Below are positions 29,335 to 39,889 of a DNA stretch of 64,000 nucleotides, in pieces. Below the pieces are notes generated by a model. That model saw only the letters and a list, made by a program, of their open reading frames with translations, did no database searches and had not been told where the DNA came from. The first letter of the stretch is position 1. Every line of letters begins with the position of its first letter. Source of the stretch: an uncultured Bacteroidota bacterium (GTDB lineage Bacteria; Bacteroidota; Bacteroidia; Flavobacteriales; Flavobacteriaceae); assembly GCA_902595825.1 (NCBI GenBank), contig CACJRP010000006.1:573-64572 (forward strand), read 5' to 3'. The position numbers and the translations under genes were made by a program.

Positions 29335-30861
29335 ATGGAAATAAAAAAAATAATTTCTCATGCAAAAGAGTATGGTTTTATTTTTCCTTCTAGTGACATT
29401 TACGAAGGGCTAAGTGCAGTTTATGATTACGCTCACAACGGGGTAGAGCTAAAGAATAATATTAAGAATTACTGGTGGAAGGCCATGGTGGATCTTCATT
29501 CAAATATTGTGGGGATTGACTCTGCCATTTTCATGCATCCAACTACCTGGAAAGCTTCTGGTCATGTAGATGCGTTTAATGATCCATTAATAGATAACAA
29601 GGATTCAAAACTTAGGTATCGGGCTGATTCTTTAGTTGAAGAATATTGTGAAAAATTGGATAATAAAATTCTAAAGGAAGTTACAAAGGCCAAAAAAAGG
29701 TTTGGAAAAGATTTTGACGAACAAAAATTTATCGAAACAAATCCAAAAGTTGATGAGCTAAAAAAAAAGGTTGAAAAAATCCTTAAAAGACTTAATACCT
29801 CTTTGGAGAGGTCCGATTTAAATGATGTAAGAAATTTAATTATTGAACTCGAAATTACATGTGAAAAGTCTGGAACAAAAAACTGGTCTGATGTAAAACA
29901 ATTTAATCTAATGTTTTCAACTAAGCTAGGGGCTACCTCAGAATCTATGACTGAAATATTTTTAAGACCAGAGACCGCGCAAGGTATATTCGTCAATTTT
30001 TTAAATGTTCAAAAAACATCAAGATTGAGAGTTCCCTTTGGGATTGCCCAAGTAGGCAAGGCTTTTAGAAACGAAATAATTGCACGACAATTCATTTTTA
30101 GAATGAAAGAATTTGAACAAATGGAAATGCAATTTTTTATTCCACCAGGAACCCAAAAAGAGTGGTACAAAAAGTGGATGAATAAAAGAATGCAATGGCA
30201 CAAGTCAATTGGAATGGGTTCTGAAAATTATAGGTTTAAAAACCACGAAAAACTTGCTCATTATGCTGACGCTGCTTGTGACATTGAATTTAAATTTCCT
30301 TTTGGATTTAGAGAACTTGAAGGAATTCATTCAAGAACAGATTTTGATCTAAGTAACCATGAAAAGTTTTCTGGGAAGAATCTTAAATACTTTGATCCAA
30401 AACTAGAAAAAAATTATATCCCGTACGTTGTTGAAACATCCATCGGACTTGACAGATTGTTTTTAGCGGTTTTATCTTGGTCTTTAAGAGAAGATAAATT
30501 AATTGATGGAACTATAAGGAAAGTACTAAAACTTCCAGTTTTCTTAGCTCCAATAAAGTTAGCAGTACTTCCTTTAGTTAAAAAAGATGGTTTGCCAGAA
30601 TATGCAAAAAAGATTTTTGATAATTTGAAATTAAACTATTCTGCACAATACGACGAAAAGGATGCCATTGGTAGACGATATAGAAGACAAGATGCGATTG
30701 GTACTCCATTTTGCATAACAATTGATTATACTAGCCTTGACGATAACACAGTAACTTTAAGAGATAGAGATCATATGAAACAAGAAAGGATTCCCTTGAC
30801 CTCTCTTGAGAATATTCTCAATGAAAAACTTAACGTGAAAAATTGGCTTAAGGCTAATTGA
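29335..30861 (+). CDS. glyQS: Glycine--tRNA ligase (alpha2 type)
   Basis: Class II aaRS motifs (...FLRPETAQGIFVNF..., ...GKAFRNEI..., ...ETSIGLDRL...) and a C-terminal anticodon-binding domain. Confidence 0.92.
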   Translation: MEIKKIISHAKEYGFIFPSSDIYEGLSAVYDYAHNGVELKNNIKNYWWKAMVDLHSNIVGIDSAIFMHPTTWKASGHVDAFNDPLIDNKDSKLRYRADSLVEEYCEKLDNKILKEVTKAKKRFGKDFDEQKFIETNPKVDELKKKVEKILKRLNTSLERSDLNDVRNLIIELEITCEKSGTKNWSDVKQFNLMFSTKLGATSESMTEIFLRPETAQGIFVNFLNVQKTSRLRVPFGIAQVGKAFRNEIIARQFIFRMKEFEQMEMQFFIPPGTQKEWYKKWMNKRMQWHKSIGMGSENYRFKNHEKLAHYADAACDIEFKFPFGFRELEGIHSRTDFDLSNHEKFSGKNLKYFDPKLEKNYIPYVVETSIGLDRLFLAVLSWSLREDKLIDGTIRKVLKLPVFLAPIKLAVLPLVKKDGLPEYAKKIFDNLKLNYSAQYDEKDAIGRRYRRQDAIGTPFCITIDYTSLDDNTVTLRDRDHMKQERIPLTSLENILNEKLNVKNWLKAN

Positions 30862-30894
30862 TTTATAATCGAATTTTGAAAAAATTTTTTTTAA

Positions 30895-31668
30895 ATGATA
30901 AAAATAATTTCTTACAACTTAAATGGTATTAGAGCTGCTTTGAAAAAAAACCTAACTAATTGGATTGAAAAAGTAAATCCAGATATTTTATGTTTTCAAG
31001 AAATTAAAGCTATGAAGGATCAAATACCAACAGAAGTATTTGAAAAATTGGGGTATCACCATTACTGGTATCCTGCAGTAAAAAAAGGATATAGTGGAGT
31101 AGCAATTTTAACTAAAAGGAAGCCCCTGAATGTAGCGTACGGGACTGGAATTGGTCATATTGATGTTGAGGGAAGGGTAATTCGTGTTGATTACAAAAAG
31201 TTTTCTGTAATTAGCCTATATCTTCCTTCAGGAACAAATATTCAAAGGCTAGGTCATAAATTTAAATTTATGGATGATTTCCAAGTCTATATAAATGAGT
31301 TAAAAAAAGATTTAAACAATGTAATTATTTGTGGAGATTATAATATTTGTCATAAACATATTGATATCCACGACCCAATTAGAAATAAAAATGTGTCTGG
31401 ATTCTTACCAGAAGAAAGACAGTGGTTAGACAACTTTATGAAAAATGGATTTATTGATTCATTTAGAAAGTTTTCTAATGAAAAGGATAAATATACTTGG
31501 TGGAGTTATCGTGCTAACTCGAGAGCAAATAACAAAGGATGGAGAATAGATTATATACTTGTTTCAAATAGCTTGGATGATAAATTGATCAATGCAAATA
31601 TATTCTCGGATACTTACCAATCTGATCATTGCCCAATAGGTATTGATTTGAATTTTAATTTAGTTTAA
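30895..31668 (+). CDS. xth: Exodeoxyribonuclease III
   Basis: EEP-fold motifs: ...SYNLNGIRA..., CFQEIK, ...GDYNI..., ...SDHCPI. Confidence 0.9.
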   Translation: MIKIISYNLNGIRAALKKNLTNWIEKVNPDILCFQEIKAMKDQIPTEVFEKLGYHHYWYPAVKKGYSGVAILTKRKPLNVAYGTGIGHIDVEGRVIRVDYKKFSVISLYLPSGTNIQRLGHKFKFMDDFQVYINELKKDLNNVIICGDYNICHKHIDIHDPIRNKNVSGFLPEERQWLDNFMKNGFIDSFRKFSNEKDKYTWWSYRANSRANNKGWRIDYILVSNSLDDKLINANIFSDTYQSDHCPIGIDLNFNLV

Positions 31669-31676
31669 ATGAGTTT

Positions 31677-32717
31677 ATGATATATACCAAACTACCAAAT
31701 ACAGATATAAGTGTAAGCAAGATATGTTTAGGAACAATGACGTTTGGTAAGCAGAATTCAGAAAATGAGTCACATTCTCAGATTGACTTTTCGTTGGATA
31801 GGGGCATAAATTTTTTGGATACAGCGGAATTATATCCTGTTCCAGCAGACAATTCGACTTATGCTGATACAGAAAGAATTATAGGTTCCTGGATTAAAAA
31901 AAGTAGCAAAAGAGAAAAAATTGTTCTAGCGTCTAAAATTGTTGGTCCTGGTACATATACGGCACATATTAGAAAAAAAAATCATTTCAGCCCAAAAAAT
32001 TTGCGAGGAGCTTTAGAAAAAAGTCTCGATAGACTAAAGACAGACTATCTTGATCTTTATCAATTGCATTGGCCAGAAAGACAAACCAACAATTTTGGCA
32101 TTAGAGGATTTAAGTTTTCACCTAGTGAAGACCCATGGACGGATAACTTTGAAGAAGTTTTAATGACTCTGGATGATTTAATTAACGAAGGTAAAGTAAG
32201 ATCTATTGGTTTATCTAACGAAAATCCTTGGGGAATAATGAGATTTTTAAATTTGGCAAAAAAGGGTTTCCCCAAAATCACTACGGTTCAAAATCCGTAT
32301 AATTTATTGAACCGACTTTTTGAGGTTGGGACTGCTGAACTTTGTATGCGAGAGGGAGTCGGTTTATTAGCATACTCCCCTTTGGCATTTGGTCGTCTAA
32401 CTGGTAAGTACAGGGAAGGACAAATGCCAGAAAAGTCAAGATTTAAACTCTTTCCTAACCTAGCCAGATTTAGTGGTGAAAATTCCATAAACGCCACAGA
32501 CGAGTATTATGAAATAGCAAAAACTTTTGGTCTTAGTCTAACTGAGATGGCTATTAGTTTTGTAAATTCTAAAGAATTTGTTACTAGCAACATAATAGGA
32601 GCAACAAATTTAAATCAGTTAGGTGAAAACATTAATTCAATTAACAAATCATTGTCATCTGAAATTTTAAGTTTGATAGAGAAAGTACACTGCAAATATC
32701 CAGATCCGGCACCATAG
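31677..32717 (+). CDS. NADP(H)-dependent aldo/keto reductase (Tas-like)
   Basis: ...GINFLDTAELYP..., ...DLYQLHWP..., ...IGLSNE... aldo/keto reductase signatures. Confidence 0.85.
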   Translation: MIYTKLPNTDISVSKICLGTMTFGKQNSENESHSQIDFSLDRGINFLDTAELYPVPADNSTYADTERIIGSWIKKSSKREKIVLASKIVGPGTYTAHIRKKNHFSPKNLRGALEKSLDRLKTDYLDLYQLHWPERQTNNFGIRGFKFSPSEDPWTDNFEEVLMTLDDLINEGKVRSIGLSNENPWGIMRFLNLAKKGFPKITTVQNPYNLLNRLFEVGTAELCMREGVGLLAYSPLAFGRLTGKYREGQMPEKSRFKLFPNLARFSGENSINATDEYYEIAKTFGLSLTEMAISFVNSKEFVTSNIIGATNLNQLGENINSINKSLSSEILSLIEKVHCKYPDPAP

Positions 32718-32725
32718 TCTTGATG

Positions 32726-33424
32726 CTAATTTTTTAAGAAAACTACTTCCTCAACTTTCAGCAATGGGTCGTTCCTAAATCTTAATATTACTTGTGACAA
32801 AATCAAAACGTCGTTTTCACAGTATTCAACAATTTTATTTATTTGTTTTTGTAAGTAAAACTTATTAGCTATCTCCTTCCCTTGTAATTTATTTTTTTTT
32901 GAACTCACACCTAAAACCTCAGCGAGAAGCCTTAATGATATTGAACTTTTATAGTCTCCAAACTTCCATAGATAAAGAGTATCTAAATGAGGGATTTCCC
33001 AAGGTTTTTTCTCATGCATATCAAGTATTTTAGGTAATTTAATTTTGTTGATAATCATTCTTCTTGCTATAAATGGGAAATCGAATTCTCTTCCATTATG
33101 TGCACATAAAAGACTACTTTTTGAATGAAAATGAGAGTCACACAGGTCCTTAAAATTTTCAAGAATTTCTGTTTCTTCTCCTATAAAACTTTTAATTCTG
33201 AATGATCTTTTTTTTGGAATTTTCAAATCAAAAAAACCAACAGAAATACAAATAATTTTTCCAAATTCTGCTAGTACACTGGATTTTGGATATTCCTTTT
33301 CTCCGCCATATTTTTCTTCCCATATTTTTTTCTTGTTATTGTTTAGCCTCTTATAATTGTACGTTTCTGGAACAGTCTCAATGTCCAAAAAAAGAACTCT
33401 AGATAAATTAATGTTGTTTAACAT
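32726..33424 (-). CDS. Stand-alone 3'-5' exonuclease related to the PolB exonuclease domain
   Basis: DEDD-type motifs FLDIETVP (ExoI), ...HNGREFDFPF... (ExoII), ...YCENDV... (ExoIII). Confidence 0.65.
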   Translation of the reverse strand: MLNNINLSRVLFLDIETVPETYNYKRLNNNKKKIWEEKYGGEKEYPKSSVLAEFGKIICISVGFFDLKIPKKRSFRIKSFIGEETEILENFKDLCDSHFHSKSSLLCAHNGREFDFPFIARRMIINKIKLPKILDMHEKKPWEIPHLDTLYLWKFGDYKSSISLRLLAEVLGVSSKKNKLQGKEIANKFYLQKQINKIVEYCENDVLILSQVILRFRNDPLLKVEEVVFLKN

Positions 33425-34538
33425 CGCTTATCATTTTGAATGCTTCATCAATATAATAGCCCTCGTTTTTTGGACCTTTCTCATGTCCCAATCTTACTAT
33501 TATTAAATCTGATTTTGGAAATACAATCACATATTGACCGAGATGACCTCTCATTAAAAATCCTTTTTCATTATTTCTATTTAAAAGCCACCAACCATAA
33601 CCGTAATTAGGATTATTTTCAAATCTTGGATTTAAACTTAGGTTCACAAAACTTGAATCTATAATTTGTTGTCCATTCCATTTCCCATTATTTTTAAATA
33701 ACTTAGCAAATCTCGCGAAATCTTTTCCATTTGACGCAAAACAGCAAAATGCCTTTTCCATCTTTTTTTTTATACCATCAATTTGCCAAAGTGCTTCTTC
33801 TTCAGCTTCAATCGGAATCCAAAAGTTTTTGGAAAAATAATCTGATAGAGATTTCCCCGTTGCTTTCCTTATAACCATTCCGAGGAGTTGAGTATTACCA
33901 CTTAAATATTTGAAGGATTTACCCGGTTGTCCAGTGATTTTTCTGGATAATAATAATTTTTCTAAATCTTTCGTAAAATAAGATTCAGTAGTTATGTTTA
34001 CAGGGGAGTAATATTTTTCTGTCCAATCTAAACCGGATGACATTGATGCTAAATCACCAACAGTTAGTTTTGAGGCAATGCCTTGAGAAAACTCATCATA
34101 AAAATCTCCAACTTTTTGATCAAGACTGGATATGTGACCTTGCTCTATAGCTTTTCCAAGCATAGCTGTGACCATACTTTTTGCCATTGAAAATGAATTA
34201 CTTTTAGAATTGGAATTATGACCCAAATAATAAGATTCATGCAGTAAACTATCTTTATAAAAAATAAGATAAGCTACTGTTTTATATCTCTTAATAATTG
34301 AATCAAACTCTTTTGATAGTGGGATTTGATTGTACAGATTGTGGTGGGCCCACTTAGTTTTGGTCGATCCATTTTTTACTACTACATTATCGAATATTTT
34401 ATAATCGTCTAGAAAAGCTGTAGTGTGACCAGTTCCATAAATTTTGAAAATGCCTGGTATTACGTATCCGATAGGACTCAAATACAATAAAATTATTATA
34501 GATACTATGACTGAAAATGAAATTAGTGCTGATTTCAT
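33408..34538 (-). CDS. Serine hydrolase (beta-lactamase/PBP4* fold), membrane anchored
   Basis: SxxK motif in ...FSMAKSMV.... N-terminal transmembrane helix. 17-bp overlap with the downstream exonuclease gene. Confidence 0.7.
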   Translation of the reverse strand: MKSALISFSVIVSIIILLYLSPIGYVIPGIFKIYGTGHTTAFLDDYKIFDNVVVKNGSTKTKWAHHNLYNQIPLSKEFDSIIKRYKTVAYLIFYKDSLLHESYYLGHNSNSKSNSFSMAKSMVTAMLGKAIEQGHISSLDQKVGDFYDEFSQGIASKLTVGDLASMSSGLDWTEKYYSPVNITTESYFTKDLEKLLLSRKITGQPGKSFKYLSGNTQLLGMVIRKATGKSLSDYFSKNFWIPIEAEEEALWQIDGIKKKMEKAFCCFASNGKDFARFAKLFKNNGKWNGQQIIDSSFVNLSLNPRFENNPNYGYGWWLLNRNNEKGFLMRGHLGQYVIVFPKSDLIIVRLGHEKGPKNEGYYIDEAFKMISDVKQH

Positions 34539-34591
34539 AATTTTGTATTCAAATAAGATAATTTAATATTTTTTAAAAGACAATTTCTTTT

Positions 34592-36313
34592 ATGAATTTA
34601 AACATAAGATCAATATTGTTATTTTACCTGATTTTTTCATCCTGCTTGAGGCAGGACGACTGTAAGGTCTTCAAGAAAATTATTCAAGATTTTGAAAACT
34701 TTAAACCATTTGATGATTCTAGATTTCTACTCGGAGACTTTAGTGAGGAAAGGTTTGAAAGAGAGAATCTATTTTACAAAAAAACAGATGAAAGGCTATC
34801 TAAAGTAAACAAAAATCTCCTTTCAAAACAGGATAAAATCTCACATGAACTGTTAACATTTGTTATTAAGAAAAAAATAGCTGATTTTGATTTTAAAACC
34901 CATTATAATCCAATTTTATCAGATGCAGGTTTTCATAACAATTTAGTTTACGGAGTAAAAAAAATTTCAAGCGTTGACCAAGCTAAAGATTATATCAAAA
35001 CTTTGGGAGAGATTCCAAATTTCGTGAGGCAAAATATTAAACTGATTTCTAAGGGTCTTGATATGGGTATATCCCAACCTAAAATAATTTTTGAGGGCTA
35101 TAATACAACTTATGAAAAACATATTACACCGTCATACAAAAATAATTTTTATTACTCCCCTTTTTTAAAACTACCTACCTCAATTCCAAATTATATTAGA
35201 GACAGTCTACAGGTCCTAGCAGCAAAAATTATAACGGATTCAGTTATTCCCTCTTTCAAAAAAATTAAAAATTTTTTTGAGAAAGAGTATCTACCAAGTA
35301 CGAGGACTACAATTGGAGTATCTCAAACCCCTAATGGAGAAAAGTTCTATGAAAGTAGAATTAGGTACTATACCACTCTTGAACTCAAGCCAAAAGAAAT
35401 TCACAATATAGGTATTGCAGAGGTTGAAAAAATAAAAAAACAAATGTTTAAAGTTATTAGCGAAGTGAAATTTCAGGGTGATTTCAAAGAATTTTTAAAT
35501 TTTCTTAGAACGAATAAAAAATTCTACGCGTCTTCTCCAAAAGAATTATTAGTCCACGCAAGAGATATAGCAAAAAGACTAGATGAACAGCTGCCCAGAT
35601 TTTTCAAACATTTACCAAGACAGCCCTATGGTGTTGCTCCTGTACCCTTATCAATAGCACCAAAATATACTGGTGGAAGATATATTCCTGCTCCAAAAGA
35701 TGGGACTAGCCCTGGATTCTACTGGGTAAATACTTATAATCTCCCTAGTCGACCTTTGTTTAATATCCCCGCTTTGACAGCGCATGAAGCTGTGCCAGGG
35801 CATCATCTGCAAGGTGCGCTAAACAAGGAACTTCCAGAGTCTATTCCTAAATTTAGAAAAGATTTATATCTATCAGCATTTGGTGAGGGTTGGGGATTAT
35901 ATAGTGAACTTTTGGCTGAGGAAATGGGTATCTATACCAACCCTTACGAAAAATTTGGTCAACTATCTTACTCAATGTGGAGAGCATGTAGGTTGGTAGT
36001 TGACACGGGTATACATTCTTTTAATTGGACTAGAGAGCAAGCAATAAACTACATGTTAGATAATACTGCTTTGTCTGAACACGAAATTAATACGGAAGTA
36101 GATAGATATATATCTTGGCCAGGACAGGCTTTGTCTTATAAGATTGGAGAATTAAAAATCATTGAATTAAGAAAGGAGGCAGAAAAAAAATTAAAAGACA
36201 AGTTTAATATTAGAGATTTTCATGAATCGATACTAAAAAACGGTACTCTTACCCTTCCTTTATTACAAGATCAAATTTTAGAATATATAGCCTCAAGCTT
36301 ATCAAAAAATTAA
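34592..36313 (+). CDS. DUF885-family putative metallopeptidase lipoprotein
   Basis: ...TAHEAVPGHHLQ... signature typical of DUF885. Lipobox ...IFSSC. Confidence 0.75.
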   Translation: MNLNIRSILLFYLIFSSCLRQDDCKVFKKIIQDFENFKPFDDSRFLLGDFSEERFERENLFYKKTDERLSKVNKNLLSKQDKISHELLTFVIKKKIADFDFKTHYNPILSDAGFHNNLVYGVKKISSVDQAKDYIKTLGEIPNFVRQNIKLISKGLDMGISQPKIIFEGYNTTYEKHITPSYKNNFYYSPFLKLPTSIPNYIRDSLQVLAAKIITDSVIPSFKKIKNFFEKEYLPSTRTTIGVSQTPNGEKFYESRIRYYTTLELKPKEIHNIGIAEVEKIKKQMFKVISEVKFQGDFKEFLNFLRTNKKFYASSPKELLVHARDIAKRLDEQLPRFFKHLPRQPYGVAPVPLSIAPKYTGGRYIPAPKDGTSPGFYWVNTYNLPSRPLFNIPALTAHEAVPGHHLQGALNKELPESIPKFRKDLYLSAFGEGWGLYSELLAEEMGIYTNPYEKFGQLSYSMWRACRLVVDTGIHSFNWTREQAINYMLDNTALSEHEINTEVDRYISWPGQALSYKIGELKIIELRKEAEKKLKDKFNIRDFHESILKNGTLTLPLLQDQILEYIASSLSKN

Positions 36314-36315
36314 TT

Positions 36316-37296
36316 CTACCTAGAATTAAGAATCCTTGCTATATCTTTGGCACAGTAGGTAATTATCATTGAACAACCAGCTCTTTTGAATGCTATTAAA
36401 TTTTCATAAATTACGGAATCGTAGTCTATCCAACCCTTTGACTGCGCAGCTTTTAACATGGCATATTCACCACTGACTTGGTAGGCTGCTATTGGTTGAT
36501 TAATTTTTGCATTCAAATCGGAAATTATGTCTAGATAAAATATTCCAGGCTTAACTATTACAATATCGGCCCCTTCGTCAATATCTAGCAAGGTTTCACT
36601 AATCGCTTCTTTTCTGTTGTGAAAATCCATTTGGTATGTTTTTTTATCTCCAAACCCTGGACTGGATGATAATGCATCCCTGAAGGGAGAATAAAGATTC
36701 GATGCATACTTCACACTATAACTCATAATACCAGTGTTCTTAAATCCATTGTTTTCAAGAGTTGTTCTAATTTGGCCGATTCTTCCATCCATCATATCAC
36801 TTGGAGACACAAAATCAACTCCAGCTTTGGCGTGGGAAAGAGCCATTTTTGATAAAACTTTATTGGTCTCGTCATTGAGAATTTTATTATCTAAAACAAT
36901 ACCATCATGGCCATATGATGAGTATGGATCAAGTGCAACATCAGAAACCACCAAAATTTCGGGATTAACGGACTTAATTAATTTAATTCCTCTTTGCATT
37001 AATCCATTTTCATTTAAAGCTTCAGTTCCTTTATTATCTTTGAGTTTGTTTGGAATTTTTGCAAAAAGTAGAACGGCTTTCAGGCCTAATTTCCATAATG
37101 AATTTATTTCTTCTTCTAAAAAATCAAGCGACAATCTAAAGTAGCCCGGCATAGATTCTATTTTCTCTTTTACTTTTTTACCTTCTGTCAAAAAAATTGG
37201 GGATACTAAATCATTGATAGTTAAGTGGTTTTCACTTACAATTTTTCTGATTGAATTAGAATTTCTAAGTCTTCTTTTTCTTTGTTTTGGGAACAT
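36316..37296 (-). CDS. hemB: Porphobilinogen synthase (Asp-rich, Zn-independent type)
   Basis: ...DVALDPYSSYGHDG... in place of the Cys-rich Zn site. ...SPSDMMDGRIGQIR..., ...VKPG..., active-site Lys context. Confidence 0.92.
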   Translation of the reverse strand: MFPKQRKRRLRNSNSIRKIVSENHLTINDLVSPIFLTEGKKVKEKIESMPGYFRLSLDFLEEEINSLWKLGLKAVLLFAKIPNKLKDNKGTEALNENGLMQRGIKLIKSVNPEILVVSDVALDPYSSYGHDGIVLDNKILNDETNKVLSKMALSHAKAGVDFVSPSDMMDGRIGQIRTTLENNGFKNTGIMSYSVKYASNLYSPFRDALSSSPGFGDKKTYQMDFHNRKEAISETLLDIDEGADIVIVKPGIFYLDIISDLNAKINQPIAAYQVSGEYAMLKAAQSKGWIDYDSVIYENLIAFKRAGCSMIITYCAKDIARILNSR

Positions 37297-37306
37297 ATGT
37301 TTTATT

Positions 37307-38206
37307 TTAAATCCATTCTTTTGGTTTTTTTAATACACCAACAAGTTCGCTTTCTGAGCTGTTTTTTGTTGGTTGAAAATTATACTCCCACCGAACAGTC
37401 GGAGGCAAACTCATAAAAATACTTTCTATTCTTCCATTTGTTTTGATTCCAAATTGGGTTCCTTTATCATGAAGAAGGTTAAATTCAACATATCTGCCTC
37501 TTCTAACTTCTTGCCATTTTTTTTGTTTATCTGAGTAGTTAACATTTTTATTTTTATTTACAATTGGCAAATAAGAGTTCAAAAAATTATTACCGACTGT
37601 AGTTACAAAATTATATAATTCATCTACTGATTTATCATTTGGTTTTAAATAATCAAAAAAGATTCCACCGACTCCTCTTGCTTCTTCCCTATGTTTATTC
37701 CAAAAATAATTATCACAATTTTTCTTAAAAATATTATAATAATTTTTGTCATGTTCATCACATGAAATTTTACAAACTTTATGAAAATGATTAATATCAA
37801 AATTGTCAATATAATATGGTGTTAAGTCAACTCCCCCACCGAACCATTGGTCAACGACCACATTAGATTTGTTGTAAAGTTCAAAGTATCTAAGATTGCT
37901 ATGAATAGTTGGAATTAGTGGACTTTTAGGGTGAATCACCAAACTCAGTCCACAAGCACTAAAAAGAGAATATTTAGTATTTAAGTAATCTTTCATTGTT
38001 TTTGGTAACTCTCCAAACACATTAGATATATTAACTCCTCCTTTTTCAAAAATATTGCCGTTTTCAATAATCTTAGTAACACCACCACCACCTCCTTCTC
38101 TTTTCCACTTTATATTGCTGAACCTGGATTTGCCGTCAACCTTTTCAAGTTCTCTTGTTATTAAAAGCTGAAGGTTTTGTATGTAATTGTAAAACTCTTC
38201 CTTCAT
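37307..38206 (-). CDS. hemF: Oxygen-dependent coproporphyrinogen III oxidase
   Basis: ...WFGGGVDLTPYY..., ...RRGRYVEFNLLHDKGTQFG.... Start trimmed to the ATG (MKEEFYNY...) at 38206, which removes a 113-bp overlap with hemE. Confidence 0.9.
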   Translation of the reverse strand: MKEEFYNYIQNLQLLITRELEKVDGKSRFSNIKWKREGGGGGVTKIIENGNIFEKGGVNISNVFGELPKTMKDYLNTKYSLFSACGLSLVIHPKSPLIPTIHSNLRYFELYNKSNVVVDQWFGGGVDLTPYYIDNFDINHFHKVCKISCDEHDKNYYNIFKKNCDNYFWNKHREEARGVGGIFFDYLKPNDKSVDELYNFVTTVGNNFLNSYLPIVNKNKNVNYSDKQKKWQEVRRGRYVEFNLLHDKGTQFGIKTNGRIESIFMSLPPTVRWEYNFQPTKNSSESELVGVLKKPKEWI

Positions 38207-38210
38207 TATA

Positions 38211-39233
38211 TTAGATTTGATACTCCTTAACGGAATCCACAAAGGCTTTAGCGTGAGATACAGGTATATTTGGTAATATTCCATGCCCGAGATTAACAAT
38301 ATACCTTTCTTTGCCAAAATCATTAATCATTCGGTGCACATCTGATTTGATTTTTGAAATTGGTGAAAGTAATTTGGCTGGATCATAGTTCCCCTGTAAA
38401 GTTATATTCCCACCGGACAAATTTCTTGCATTTCTTGCAGAACAACTCCAATCAATTCCTAGACCAGAAGCTCCAGTTTTAGCCATTTCGTTTAAAGCAA
38501 ACCAACACCCTTTACCAAAAATAATAACGGGGGCATAATTCTTAACAGCTGATACAATTCTATTAATATACTTAAGAGAAAAGTAACTGTAGTCAGAAGG
38601 TGACAAGAGCCCACCCCATGAATCGAAAATCTGAACAACATCTGCTCCTGCATCAATTTGTCCTTTCAAATATTCAATTGTTGTAAGGGTTATCTTTTCA
38701 AGGATTATATCAGTTTCTTTTGGATTAGCAAAGGCAAATCCTTTGGATTTATCAAAAGTCTTTGAACCACTTCCCTGAACTAGATAACAAAAAAGTGTCC
38801 ACGGAGAGCCAGCAAACCCAATTAAAGGAACCCTGTCATTAAGGTCCCTTTTAGTTACTTTAATAGCATCAAACACGTATCCGAGTTTATCCATAACATT
38901 TGGGGTTGTTAAATTTTTTACTTTTTCTTTTGAATCTATAGGATTAGGAATAAAAGGTCCGAAATTAGGCTTCATCTCAACCTCGATATTCATAGCTTGC
39001 AGGACGACCAATATATCACTAAAAATAATGGCAGCATCAGTTCCTATTTGATTGATAGGCAAAAGTGTTATTTCAGAAACTAATTCTGGTGTTTTGCAGC
39101 GAGTAAAAAAATCATACTTATTTTTAAGTTTAATATAATCTGGTAAATATCGTCCAGCTTGTCTCATTATCCACACTGGAGGTCTTTCAACAGGGAGACC
39201 TTTTAAGGCTCTAAGAAGCAAGTCATTTTTCAT
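38211..39233 (-). CDS. hemE: Uroporphyrinogen decarboxylase
   Basis: ...[15 protein letters not shown]... N-terminal signature; about 340 aa. Confidence 0.92.
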   Translation of the reverse strand: MKNDLLLRALKGLPVERPPVWIMRQAGRYLPDYIKLKNKYDFFTRCKTPELVSEITLLPINQIGTDAAIIFSDILVVLQAMNIEVEMKPNFGPFIPNPIDSKEKVKNLTTPNVMDKLGYVFDAIKVTKRDLNDRVPLIGFAGSPWTLFCYLVQGSGSKTFDKSKGFAFANPKETDIILEKITLTTIEYLKGQIDAGADVVQIFDSWGGLLSPSDYSYFSLKYINRIVSAVKNYAPVIIFGKGCWFALNEMAKTGASGLGIDWSCSARNARNLSGGNITLQGNYDPAKLLSPISKIKSDVHRMINDFGKERYIVNLGHGILPNIPVSHAKAFVDSVKEYQI

Positions 39234-39238
39234 AAGGG

Positions 39239-39889
39239 TTAGTGTAAAATTTTTACTTTTTCAATAAGATTACTTATCGTTGGTTTTTTTGCAATGTGGA
39301 TTTTTTTCGTATAATTTCTAAGTTCATTAGCAGTAGACTCTCCAATTGCAAAGCAGTCTATATTTTCAAAATAATTCAATTCCGCGAAGCATCTTACACC
39401 GGAGGGACTGAAAAACAATGCAATATCAAAATCTTTAAAATATTTGGAATCACAATACGATTTGTAGACCTCAACAACCCTGAAATTATCATTTTGTTTA
39501 TCGAAGAAGTTTTCGATATTATTCATGCGTTGATTACCTGTAAAAAAAATAAATTTGTTACACAGTAGGTTTCTTTCTAAAAATTTAACCATGTCTTTTG
39601 AACTTATAAAAAAATTGATGACATTTTGTTTCTTCTTCTTTAGAAGTTCTTTGGTTTTTTCACCTACACATATACAATTTCTAGGTGTTACATTTTGATG
39701 CTGTGAGAAAAAAGAATTAACCGCGTTTTGGGATGAAAAAATAAGTATCTCATCATTTAATTTAATTGAAAATTTCTTTTCTTCAATTTTTATGAAATCC
39801 CACTGTTCAACTTGATGACCACTGAAATCAAGCTGATTTAACTCATCTGTATTTAAAATTTTGGTTGATAAGATTCTTTTATTTTTCAT
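39239..39889 (-). CDS. hemD: Uroporphyrinogen-III synthase
   Basis: Size, ...FSSQNAV... and ...FFSPSGV... motifs, and position between hemC and hemE. Confidence 0.7.
   Translation of the reverse strand: MKNKRILSTKILNTDELNQLDFSGHQVEQWDFIKIEEKKFSIKLNDEILIFSSQNAVNSFFSQHQNVTPRNCICVGEKTKELLKKKKQNVINFFISSKDMVKFLERNLLCNKFIFFTGNQRMNNIENFFDKQNDNFRVVEVYKSYCDSKYFKDFDIALFFSPSGVRCFAELNYFENIDCFAIGESTANELRNYTKKIHIAKKPTISNLIEKVKILH

Noticed and set aside
29562-29996. 144-aa minus-strand ORF antisense to glyQS.
   Set aside because: Ser/Phe/Leu-rich mirror-frame product of a Lys/Glu-rich coding region. No start context and no motif.
36734-37144. 136-aa plus-strand ORF antisense to hemB.
   Set aside because: It lies entirely within the strongly supported hemB CDS and has no recognisable domain.
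38207-38323. ORF-track 5' extension of hemF overlapping hemE by 113 bp. Similar extensions occur for hemC (40798-40827), the histidine kinase (46037-46078), pip (3823-3843), the J-domain gene (48794-48814), the porin (60009-60053) and the FeoB-associated peptide (21352-21432).
   Set aside because: Internal ATGs give N-termini matching family expectations or signal peptides, and they remove implausible overlaps with upstream genes.
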